64,000 bases of DNA from Bacteroidales bacterium. GTDB lineage: Bacteria > Bacteroidota > Bacteroidia > Bacteroidales > VadinHA17. How positions within the stretch are numbered: position 1 is the first letter of the stretch; each line of letters begins with the position of its first letter. Location of the stretch: positions 1,216-65,215 of the forward strand of contig JBBRSO010000004.1 of the NCBI GenBank assembly GCA_038245405.1. The letters are read 5' to 3'. The notes beneath the pieces were generated by a model, which was not told the DNA's origin, did not search any database, and worked only from the letters and a program-made list of their open reading frames with translations. A program made the position numbers and the translations under genes. This document shows positions 9,790 to 18,049 of this stretch, one piece after another.

Positions 9790-11133
9790 TTAGTTCGTCA
9801 CATGGTGCATCATCTTATCAGCCAGCTCAGCTGCCGACCTGTTCTTAAAGCTTGCCATCCTGCTCTCAAATAATCCTGCAATTTCTTTGTTACAGAGATT
9901 TCCGATACTCCCTTCATGAACATAATCAGTTATCACTGTTCTTGAAAATGTCGAATTCTTCACCATATCAGACACAGCCTTATAGGCATCTCTGAAGGGG
10001 ATACCCTGTTTTACAAGACGGTTTACTTCTTCAGTGCTGAAGATTGTGTTATACAATGGGTTATCTGTTATGTTCTTTTTAATTTTTATATTATTAAGCA
10101 TAAGAAGCATGATTTCAATACATTCTCTTATTTCTCCGAATGCATCAAATATTAACTGCTTAAGTAATTGAAGGTCCCTGTTGTAACCCGACATCAGGTT
10201 TGATGTGAGTATAGCTATCTGATTTGGGAGAGTCTGAATAACATTTGCCCTGGCCCGTATAAGTTCAAACACATCAGGATTCCTCTTCTGAGGCATAATG
10301 CTTGATCCGGTTATATACTCATCCGGAAAATCTATAAACCGGAATTCGGAGGTCATATAAAGACAAACATCCATTGAAAATCTTGAGAGCGTTTGAGCAA
10401 CCGAAGCCAGAGCCGAAGCAACTGCCATTTCAATTTTACCCCTGCTCAGACTTGCGTAAGCTGAATTGTAAATAAGATCATCAAATTCAAGCAGGTCTGA
10501 CGTAAGTTTCCTGTTAATCGGCAAAGTTGTACCATACCCTGCTGCAGTACCCAGAGGATTCTGATTATTAAGAGACCTGGCGCCCGCAAGTATAAGAACA
10601 TCATCGGCAAGAGATTCCGCATAAGCGCCAAACCACAAGCCAAAGGATGAGACCATTGCCGGCTGCATATGTGTATAACCGGGAATAAGTACTTCTTTAT
10701 GCTGGTCACTCAACGACTGCAACCTTGTAAAAAGGGCTCTGATCAATATTGAAAGCTGATCAATCTGCTCGCGGGTGTAAAGACGTATATCAACAAGCAC
10801 CTGGTCATTCCGGGATCTTCCGGTATGGATCTTCTTACCAGTGGTTCCGAGGATTGACGACATCTCCTTTTCGATCTGTGAATGAATATCTTCAACGTCT
10901 TTTTCAATGACAAGACTTCTTTGTTCATCAGAAACAAACAGTGAATGAAGTGCTTTCAGTAGACCATTTTTCTCATCCTCTGAGAGCAATCCTACATCTT
11001 CCAGCATTATCACATGTGCCATCGAACCGATAATATCCCACTTTGTGAGTGCAAGATCGGTTTTCCTGTCTTTCCCTGCTGTAAATTCAATGATTGCAGG
11101 TTCGGGATTTATCCCTTTTTCCCAGAGTTTCAT
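9790..11133 (-). CDS. argH: Argininosuccinate lyase
   Basis: 447 aa. Fumarate-lyase signature GSSIMPQKRNPD and overall ArgH-like sequence. Confidence 0.95.
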   Translation of the reverse strand: MKLWEKGINPEPAIIEFTAGKDRKTDLALTKWDIIGSMAHVIMLEDVGLLSEDEKNGLLKALHSLFVSDEQRSLVIEKDVEDIHSQIEKEMSSILGTTGKKIHTGRSRNDQVLVDIRLYTREQIDQLSILIRALFTRLQSLSDQHKEVLIPGYTHMQPAMVSSFGLWFGAYAESLADDVLILAGARSLNNQNPLGTAAGYGTTLPINRKLTSDLLEFDDLIYNSAYASLSRGKIEMAVASALASVAQTLSRFSMDVCLYMTSEFRFIDFPDEYITGSSIMPQKRNPDVFELIRARANVIQTLPNQIAILTSNLMSGYNRDLQLLKQLIFDAFGEIRECIEIMLLMLNNIKIKKNITDNPLYNTIFSTEEVNRLVKQGIPFRDAYKAVSDMVKNSTFSRTVITDYVHEGSIGNLCNKEIAGLFESRMASFKNRSAAELADKMMHHVTN

Positions 11134-11170
11134 GGTTAATAATTTTATTAATTGATCTTTATTCTAACTA

Positions 11171-11229
11171 GGTTGAGGTTGAGGTTGAGGTTAAGGTTGC
11201 TCAGCCTCAGCCTCAACCTTAACCTTAAC
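11171..11229. repeat. Hexamer palindrome: (GGTTGA/GGTTAA)n followed by (CTCAGC/CTCAAC/CTTAAC)n
   Basis: Read directly from the sequence. AAGGTTG (11193-11199) pairs with CAACCTT (11214-11220), and the stem extends outward with G-T wobbles. It lies between the argG stop and the argH start on the same strand. Confidence 0.85.
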
Positions 11230-11231
11230 AG

Positions 11232-12464
11232 TTACTTCTTCTGGCTAGCTTCAACAATTGCCCTGTGAGCCATAAGTCTGATTGCATTAATTCTTATAAA
11301 GCCCTTGCTGTCGGTCTGATCAAAGCCACCCTCAATATCCATGCTTGAAAGCTTTTTGTTGTATAATGAAGACGGTGATTCACGTCCTTCAATAAGCACA
11401 TTGCCTTTATAAAGACAAAGGTGTACACTGCCATCAATGAGTTCCTGGCTTTTTTCAATTGCAGCCATCAGGAAATCCATCTCGGGGCTGAACCAGAACC
11501 CATTATAAATAATCTCAGCGAATTTAGGAGTAAGCATATTAACAAGACGCATTACCTCTCTGTCCATTGCGATACCTTCAATATCCTTGTGTGCAATATG
11601 TAAAACTGTTGCAGCAGGTGTCTCATAGACTCCTCTTGATTTAATGCCTACAAACCTGTTCTCTACCATATCGAGCAAACCAATGCCATTTTTCCCGGCG
11701 AGTTCATTCAGATATATGTACATATCATAAGAATCTTCCTTAACAGTACCATCTTCCTTGTTGACAAGCTTTACAGGTAATCCGTTTTTAAAGTGTATCA
11801 CAATCCTGGTTTCTTTATCCGGTGCATCCATGGGCATAACCATTTTTTCAAGCATACTTTTGTGAAGAGTATACATCGGATCTTCAAGAATACCGGCTTC
11901 ATGACTGATATGCATCAGGTTATCATCCTCACTGTAAGGTTTATCAATACTTGCCTTAACCGGAATTTTCTTTTCCGAAGCATATTTTAACAGATCGGTT
12001 CTTCCCTTGAAAGTAGCAAGAAACTCTTTGTCTTTCCACGGAGAAATAACATTCACTCCGGGCATCAGAGCATAATAGCAGAGTTCAAACCTTACCTGAT
12101 CATTTCCTTTTCCGGTAGCACCGTGTGCAACAGAATTGGCACCCTCAGCTTTAGCAACCTCTATTTGTTTCTTTGCAATGAGTGGTCTTGCCAGTGCAGT
12201 ACCAAGAAGATACCTGTCTTCATATATGGCATTTGCCATTATTGCTTTAAGCACATAACCATCAACAAACTCGCGTTTAAGATCAGCTATTATCACCTTT
12301 GATGCACCAAGTAATATTGCCTTTTCTTTGCAGGCTTCAAAATCTTCGGTCTGACCAACATCGGCGATAAAGGCAATTACATCATAACCTTTGTCTATTA
12401 ACCATTTAAGGATAACTGATGTATCCAAACCACCACTATACGCGAGAACTACTTTTTCTTTCAT
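11232..12464 (-). CDS. argG: Argininosuccinate synthase
   Basis: 410 aa. N-terminal [12 protein letters not shown]-PPase motif and overall ArgG-like sequence. Confidence 0.95.
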   Translation of the reverse strand: MKEKVVLAYSGGLDTSVILKWLIDKGYDVIAFIADVGQTEDFEACKEKAILLGASKVIIADLKREFVDGYVLKAIMANAIYEDRYLLGTALARPLIAKKQIEVAKAEGANSVAHGATGKGNDQVRFELCYYALMPGVNVISPWKDKEFLATFKGRTDLLKYASEKKIPVKASIDKPYSEDDNLMHISHEAGILEDPMYTLHKSMLEKMVMPMDAPDKETRIVIHFKNGLPVKLVNKEDGTVKEDSYDMYIYLNELAGKNGIGLLDMVENRFVGIKSRGVYETPAATVLHIAHKDIEGIAMDREVMRLVNMLTPKFAEIIYNGFWFSPEMDFLMAAIEKSQELIDGSVHLCLYKGNVLIEGRESPSSLYNKKLSSMDIEGGFDQTDSKGFIRINAIRLMAHRAIVEASQKK

Positions 12465-12570
12465 TTTATTTGAGTTTAAATTAATCTACTAACTTTATCC
12501 GTCATTGCGAGGAGCGCCAGCGACGAAGCAATCCGTCCGCCTTGTACCCCATTCCTTAATCCGTCTATCC

Positions 12571-13053
12571 TCACTTCCTGCCTTTGATCTGGTCATGTAT
12601 TCCCGGAAGGATAATCTCCAGACAGGCATGCACCTGAGGGTTAGTTACTCCGTCTCTTGGTATGACCAGAATAGTATCGTCTCCGGCAATTGTTCCGGCA
12701 ATTTCATACCTCCCTGCACCATCTATATAGAAGGCGGTGTTACTTGCATTGCCAGGAATTGTTTTAATTACCATAAGACCTTTCGCCTCAACTATATCTT
12801 GTATTACCGGTACAATATTCAATTTCAATGATACTTTTTCGTGATTCCTGTTATTATCAGTCAGAGAATACTTATAACCTCCGGTACCATCAGGGACACG
12901 TCCAACACCCAGCTGCCTTAAATTGCGGGATAACGTAGCCTGAGTACAGGTTATTCCTTTCCCTTTCAGTTTTTTTAGCAATTCCTCCTGAACAGAAATT
13001 TTTTCTTCAGAAATAATTTTCTCAATTGCCAGAAGTCTTTTCGTTTTTTGCAT
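12571..13053 (-). CDS. argR: Arginine repressor ArgR
   Basis: Track ORF 12571..13074. The start is more likely MQKTKRLLAIEKII at 13053. It has a winged-helix N-domain (TQATLSRNLRQLG) and a C-terminal oligomerisation/arginine-binding domain (GTIAGDDTILV). Confidence 0.9.
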   Translation of the reverse strand: MQKTKRLLAIEKIISEEKISVQEELLKKLKGKGITCTQATLSRNLRQLGVGRVPDGTGGYKYSLTDNNRNHEKVSLKLNIVPVIQDIVEAKGLMVIKTIPGNASNTAFYIDGAGRYEIAGTIAGDDTILVIPRDGVTNPQVHACLEIILPGIHDQIKGRK

Positions 13054-13083
13054 AATTATGCATTTATTTTGCAAATATATTCA
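13049..13083. promoter_or_regulatory. Two tandem ARG-box-like operators in the argR / carB divergent region
   Basis: TGCATAATTATGCA (13049-13062, a perfect palindrome) and TGCAAATATATTCA (13070-13083) sit 21 bp apart centre to centre. Both resemble the ARG box core TGAAT-N4-ATTCA. Confidence 0.6.
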
Positions 13084-13143
13084 TTTTTTCATAAAAACAA
13101 ATCCTTATTAAAAAATTATGTTATTTTTGAACCTCAAATCCGG

Positions 13144-16100
13144 ATGATGAAAGATGTAGTAAAAAAGGTGATAATCCTTGGTTCAGGAGCATTAAAAATC
13201 GGTGAAGCAGGAGAGTTTGATTACTCCGGTTCCCAGGCTTTGAAAGCGTTAAAAGAAGAAGATGTAAGCACTGTTCTTATAAATCCTAATATTGCAACAG
13301 TTCAAACCTCGGAAGAACTTGCCGATAAAATCTATTTTTTACCAATTACCCCATATTTTGTTGAGAAAGTCATTGCCAGGGAAAGGCCCGATGGCATACT
13401 TTTATCCTTTGGCGGTCAGACAGCTCTTAACTGCGGTACAGAACTCTATAAAACGGGGGTTTTTGAAAAATATAATGTAAGAGTGCTTGGTACTCCGGTA
13501 ACGGCAATAATGGATACCGAAGACAGAGAGTTGTTTGTAAAAAAACTTGATGAAATAGACGTTAAGACTCCAAGCAGCATAGCTGTAACAGGGGTGGAAG
13601 AGGCCGTAGATGCTGCAGGAAAACTCGGTTTTCCGATAATAATAAGAGCTGCATATACACTTGGCGGACAAGGAAGTGGATTTGCTTCGAATACCGATGA
13701 GCTAAGAACACTTGCTTCAAAAGCATTTTCATATTCCAACCAGATTCTTGTAGAAGAATCACTTAAAGGATGGAAGGAAGTCGAATACGAGGTAGTAAGG
13801 GATAAGTATGATAACTGCATTACGGTGTGTAATATGGAGAATTTTGATCCTCTCGGCATTCATACAGGAGAAAGCATAGTGGTGGCACCATCCCAGACCC
13901 TCACAAACAGTGAGTATCATAAGCTGAGAGAACTCTCAATAAGAATTATACGACATATAGGTATAGTAGGAGAATGTAACGTTCAGTATGCGCTTGCTCC
14001 TGATTCGGAAGATTATCGTGTTATTGAAGTCAATGCCCGCCTCTCACGGTCAAGTGCACTGGCATCCAAAGCAACCGGGTATCCGCTTGCATTTATTGCA
14101 GCAAAGCTGGCAATGGGTTATGGTCTTCATGAACTTAAAAACTCTGTTACAAAAAATACTACTGCCTGTTTTGAACCTGCTCTCGACTACATAGTATGTA
14201 AAATACCACGATGGGATCTCAACAAATTCGAAGGAGTATCACATCTGATAGGAAGCAGCATGAAGAGTGTCGGGGAGGTGATGGCAATCGGCCGTACATT
14301 CGAAGAGGTCATCCAGAAAGGGTTACGGATGATCGGACAGGGGATGCACGGTTTCACCGGAAACCGGAATCTTGGTTTTGAGGACATCGAAAGAGAGCTT
14401 TCTGAGCCAACCGATATGCGCATCTTTTCAATTGCAGAAGCACTTGAGGCCGGAATGTCAGTCGATAGAATATATGAGCTTACAAAAATTGATAAATGGT
14501 TCCTTTACAAGCTTCGGAACATTATAAGCATAAAGGATGAGCTTTGTAATTACACCACTCTTGAATCTATTCCTGTTGATCTCCTCTCCCATTCAAAAAT
14601 AAATGGTTTCAGCGACTTCCAGATTGCACGGCATGTTTTAAAGTCAGGCCAGGATAGCATTAATGACGATCTGATGAAAGTGAGGAGTTTTCGAAAAGGC
14701 CTCGGCATTGTTCCTTATATAAAACAGATAGATACTCTGGCTGCAGAATACCCGGCTGTTACAAATTATCTTTATCTGACATACAGTGGTTCGGAGCACG
14801 ATATTAAATGTGAGAATGACAAAAAATCAGTTATTGTTCTGGGCTCAGGCGCATACCGTATCGGATCGAGCGTTGAATTTGACTGGTGCTCCGTAAATGC
14901 CATCACCACAATAAAAAAAGAGGGATTCAGATCAGTGATGATAAATTATAATCCCGAAACAGTGAGTACTGACTATGATATCTGCGACAGGCTCTATTTT
15001 GATGAGCTTACTTTTGAAAGAGTTCTCGATATAATTGATCTTGAAAACCCGGGTGGCGTAATAGTATCAGTAGGCGGACAGATTCCCAATAACCTTGCGA
15101 TGAGACTCTACAAGGAGAAGGTACCTGTATTGGGTACTTCACCCGTTTCAATCGACAGAGCTGAGAACAGACATAAGTTTTCTGAAATGCTTGATAACCT
15201 GAAAGTTGATCAGCCACGCTGGAAAGAATTATCAACAATCGATGATATCTTTGAATTCGTAGACAGAATAGGCTTCCCTGTGCTCATACGCCCATCTTAT
15301 GTACTCTCCGGCGCAGCAATGAACGTGGTTTCAAACAAAAATGAACTGTCCCACTTCCTCAAGCTCGCAGCCCAGGTTTCAAAACAATATCCTGTAGTGG
15401 TTTCAGAATTTATTGAAAATGCCAAAGAAATTGAAATCGATGCAGTTGCCCGTGATGGAGAAATGCTTGCTTACGCTATAAGTGAGCATGTTGAATTTGC
15501 AGGTGTCCATTCGGGTGATGCAACAATGGTATTCCCGGCACAGAAGATATATTTTGAAACATCAAGAAGGATAAAACGTATTTCGCGGCAGATAGCAAAA
15601 GAACTTAATATTTCAGGACCATTTAATATTCAGTTTCTTGCAAAGGACAATGACATTAAAGTTATAGAATGTAATCTACGCGCAAGCCGGAGCATGCCAT
15701 TTGTTTCCAAGGTTCTTAAGACAAATCTCATCGAACTTGCGACGAAAGTGATGCTTGGGGTCCCTGCCGAGAAACCTGTCAAGACAATCTTCGAGCTCGA
15801 TTATGTTGGTGTTAAAGCTCCGCAGTTCAGTTTCTCCCGGCTTGCCAAAGCTGATCCTGTTCTGGGTGTGGATATGTCTTCCACAGGTGAGGTTGGCTGT
15901 ATAGGCGAAGGATTTTATGAAGCTATCCTTAAAGCTATGTTTTCTGTTGGTTACAGGGTCCCCAAAAAGAGCATCCTTCTGTCAACCGGTCCCGCAAGAT
16001 CAAAAGTTGAGCTGATAAACAGCGCCAGGGCATTACAGGAAAAAGGACATAAGCTTTATGCAACACGAGGCACACAACAATTTCTTGAAAATGCAGGCAT

Positions 16101-16368
16101 TGAGGCACATGTAGCATACTGGCCTGACGAAAACAAATCACCGAACACAATAGATCTTATTAAATCGCGTGAGGTGGATCTTGTTGTGAATATCCCAAAA
16201 GATCTTAGTGATAAAGAACTTAACAACGATTACACCATACGACGCAGTGCAGTGGATTATAACGTGCCACTTATAACAAATGCACGTCTGGCAAGCGCAT
16301 TTATCCTTGCCTGTTGTAAGTTGAGCATTGATGATCTGGAAATTAAGAGTTGGGATGAATACAAATGA
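13144..16368 (+). CDS. carB: Carbamoyl-phosphate synthase large subunit
   Basis: The track ORF starts at 13048, but the conserved N-terminus MMKDVVKKVIILGSGALKIGEAGEFDYSGSQA begins at ATG 13144. It has two ATP-grasp halves and a C-terminal MGS-like domain, about 1074 aa in total. Confidence 0.95.
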   Translation: MMKDVVKKVIILGSGALKIGEAGEFDYSGSQALKALKEEDVSTVLINPNIATVQTSEELADKIYFLPITPYFVEKVIARERPDGILLSFGGQTALNCGTELYKTGVFEKYNVRVLGTPVTAIMDTEDRELFVKKLDEIDVKTPSSIAVTGVEEAVDAAGKLGFPIIIRAAYTLGGQGSGFASNTDELRTLASKAFSYSNQILVEESLKGWKEVEYEVVRDKYDNCITVCNMENFDPLGIHTGESIVVAPSQTLTNSEYHKLRELSIRIIRHIGIVGECNVQYALAPDSEDYRVIEVNARLSRSSALASKATGYPLAFIAAKLAMGYGLHELKNSVTKNTTACFEPALDYIVCKIPRWDLNKFEGVSHLIGSSMKSVGEVMAIGRTFEEVIQKGLRMIGQGMHGFTGNRNLGFEDIERELSEPTDMRIFSIAEALEAGMSVDRIYELTKIDKWFLYKLRNIISIKDELCNYTTLESIPVDLLSHSKINGFSDFQIARHVLKSGQDSINDDLMKVRSFRKGLGIVPYIKQIDTLAAEYPAVTNYLYLTYSGSEHDIKCENDKKSVIVLGSGAYRIGSSVEFDWCSVNAITTIKKEGFRSVMINYNPETVSTDYDICDRLYFDELTFERVLDIIDLENPGGVIVSVGGQIPNNLAMRLYKEKVPVLGTSPVSIDRAENRHKFSEMLDNLKVDQPRWKELSTIDDIFEFVDRIGFPVLIRPSYVLSGAAMNVVSNKNELSHFLKLAAQVSKQYPVVVSEFIENAKEIEIDAVARDGEMLAYAISEHVEFAGVHSGDATMVFPAQKIYFETSRRIKRISRQIAKELNISGPFNIQFLAKDNDIKVIECNLRASRSMPFVSKVLKTNLIELATKVMLGVPAEKPVKTIFELDYVGVKAPQFSFSRLAKADPVLGVDMSSTGEVGCIGEGFYEAILKAMFSVGYRVPKKSILLSTGPARSKVELINSARALQEKGHKLYATRGTQQFLENAGIEAHVAYWPDENKSPNTIDLIKSREVDLVVNIPKDLSDKELNNDYTIRRSAVDYNVPLITNARLASAFILACCKLSIDDLEIKSWDEYK

Positions 16369-16380
16369 CCTCTTTTTTTA

Positions 16381-16475
16381 CCACAAAGCATACAACGGAG
16401 ACTAAAAGCACACAAAGTTATTTCTTTGTGAACTCTGTGTAAAACTTTGTGAACTTTGTGGTTAATGGATTTCAA
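16381..16475. repeat. Nested hairpin element built from CACAAAG / CTTTGTG / CTCTGTG heptamers, after the carB stop
   Basis: CACAAAG (16411-17) pairs with CTTTGTG (16424-30). CCACAAAG (16381-88) pairs with CTTTGTGG (16454-61). CTTTGTGGTTAATGG (16454-68) is identical to 26792-26806. Confidence 0.8.
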
Positions 16476-16483
16476 AATTAGGG

Positions 16484-16942
16484 ATGATAAACATGATAAC
16501 AATCCGAAAAGCAACACACTCCGACTCAGAAATAATTATTGACTTTCAGCAGAAAATGGCCTGGGAAACCGAAAAGATGACCCTTGCTCCTGATATTATA
16601 AGTAAAGGAGTAAACGCTGTTTTCGAAGATCAGTCACGCGGACAATACTGGGTAGCCGCGAATGATGGGATAGTTGTCGCTTCACTTCTCATTACTTATG
16701 AATGGAGTGACTGGAGAAACTGCAACGTATGGTGGTTTCAATCTGTTTATGTGCTGCCGGAATACAGGAGGAAAGGTATTTTCAGGTCAATGTATCACCA
16801 TATAAAAAATGATGGTGAAAAAGAGTGCATAGCCGGGTTACGTCTGTACGTAGAAACAAATAATTCAGTTGCTCAGAATACTTATGAAATGCTTGGCATG
16901 AAAAGTCTTCATTACAGGATGTTCGAATGGCTGAAGGAATAA
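16484..16942 (+). CDS. GNAT-family N-acetyltransferase
   Basis: 152 aa. The acetyl-CoA-binding region VLPEYRRKGIFRSM matches the Q/RxxGxG/A pattern. Confidence 0.8.
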   Translation: MINMITIRKATHSDSEIIIDFQQKMAWETEKMTLAPDIISKGVNAVFEDQSRGQYWVAANDGIVVASLLITYEWSDWRNCNVWWFQSVYVLPEYRRKGIFRSMYHHIKNDGEKECIAGLRLYVETNNSVAQNTYEMLGMKSLHYRMFEWLKE

Positions 16943-16945
16943 AAC

Positions 16946-18049
16946 ATGATCTGGCTGCCCATCATACTGATCCTTCCTTATATAATACTCCTTTTTAAAT
17001 ATTATAATAAACTTGCCAGGGCGAAACCATATAAAATTACTGCCAAACCATCGGTTTTCGTATCAGTCATTGTACCTTGCCGTAACGAAGAACAGAATAT
17101 CTCCCGTCTTTTAAACAGTCTTCACCTTCAGGATTATCCGGGTGATCTCTTTGAAGTCATTGTAGTAAATGACAATTCAACTGATAAAACATATGAAGTA
17201 GCCAATCAGTATCATGGAATACAAAAGTTAAGAATCATAAATAATAAAGGAAAAGGGAAAAAATCTGCAATAAGGGACGGGATTTCAATTGCGCTGGGTA
17301 GACTTATTATTACTACAGACGCAGATTGTTACATGGGTGAAAGCTGGGTAAGTATTATTGCTTCATATTATCAGGAACATAACCCTGATATGATAATTTG
17401 CCCTGTTCGGCTTGAGTCAGGAGCTGGTTTTTTCAGTAGATTTCAGGACCTGGAGTTTCTAAGTCTCCAGGGAATTACTGCTGGCTCAGCCTTATCCGGA
17501 AAACCGATAATGTGTAATGGTGCTAACCTGGCATTCGGGAAGGAGACATACCTCAGGCATTCCACTGACCTTCATGACGAGATTAATTCAGGTGATGACA
17601 TTTTCCTGCTTCATAGTTTAAAGTGTGAGAGGAATTCAATTATTCTGTGGATTGAATCTCCGGAGGCGATTGTAACCGCTAAAGCTTCAGCTACTCCGGG
17701 CTCATTTCTGCAACAGAGAAAAAGATGGATTTCAAAGAGCGCATTTTATACCGACAGAGATACAATTTTAACAGGAATTCTAACTTTTTCAATTATACTT
17801 CTGGAAATTTCATATCTGATTGGTAGTCTGATAAACCCAATTCTTCTGGCTGGCTATCTTTTGATCTTTCTTTTAAAATCCATACCAGATTTTTTAATAA
17901 TCCGGAATACTGCGGGAAGGTATGGCAAGAGCGGACTACTGAGATGGTTTCTGCCGTCTCAGGTAGTTTATCCGTTTTATGTTATATCGGTTTTATTAAA
18001 AAGGAATCCGCAATCCCAAATCCGCAATCCGCTAATTTCCCATTTCTGA
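16946..18049 (+). CDS. Family 2 glycosyltransferase, membrane-anchored
   Basis: 367 aa. VSVIVPCRNEE, VVNDNSTDKT and a TDADC DxD context, with TM helices at both ends. The last ~15 codons are encoded by a heptamer repeat. Confidence 0.85.
   Translation: MIWLPIILILPYIILLFKYYNKLARAKPYKITAKPSVFVSVIVPCRNEEQNISRLLNSLHLQDYPGDLFEVIVVNDNSTDKTYEVANQYHGIQKLRIINNKGKGKKSAIRDGISIALGRLIITTDADCYMGESWVSIIASYYQEHNPDMIICPVRLESGAGFFSRFQDLEFLSLQGITAGSALSGKPIMCNGANLAFGKETYLRHSTDLHDEINSGDDIFLLHSLKCERNSIILWIESPEAIVTAKASATPGSFLQQRKRWISKSAFYTDRDTILTGILTFSIILLEISYLIGSLINPILLAGYLLIFLLKSIPDFLIIRNTAGRYGKSGLLRWFLPSQVVYPFYVISVLLKRNPQSQIRNPLISHF
18004..18035. repeat. Tandem heptamers AATCCGC AATCCCA AATCCGC AATCCGC
   Basis: Read directly from the sequence. 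The unit type matches the arms of the 9748-9782 hairpin. The array sits at the convergent GT2/recQ junction. Confidence 0.8.

Noticed and set aside
12503-12535. CATTGCGAGGAGCGCCAGCGACGAAGCAATC between argR and argG, which resembles an interspersed motif I associate with Bacteroidota genomes
   Set aside because: There is only one copy in the window, and only a 5-bp stem (ATTGC/GCAAT) can be drawn. I cannot verify the recollection without a genome-wide search.
13048-13143. Upstream extensions of track ORFs, including carB from 13048, argR to 13074, thyA to 28144, GH97 to 30080, ComF to 37035, HIT to 38280, tig from 22330, and the TlpA genes from 53543 and 54732
   Set aside because: In each case the conserved family N-terminus or a signal peptide begins at an internal ATG. 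The extension either starts at TTG/GTG or covers promoter, terminator or ARG-box sequence.
13292-16150. Numerous 60-140-aa ORFs nested in or antisense to carB, with similar ones inside the ABC gene, recQ, the GT3+GT35 fusion and GH97
   Set aside because: All lie within strongly supported long genes, have no recognisable motifs, and are typical of spurious antisense frames.
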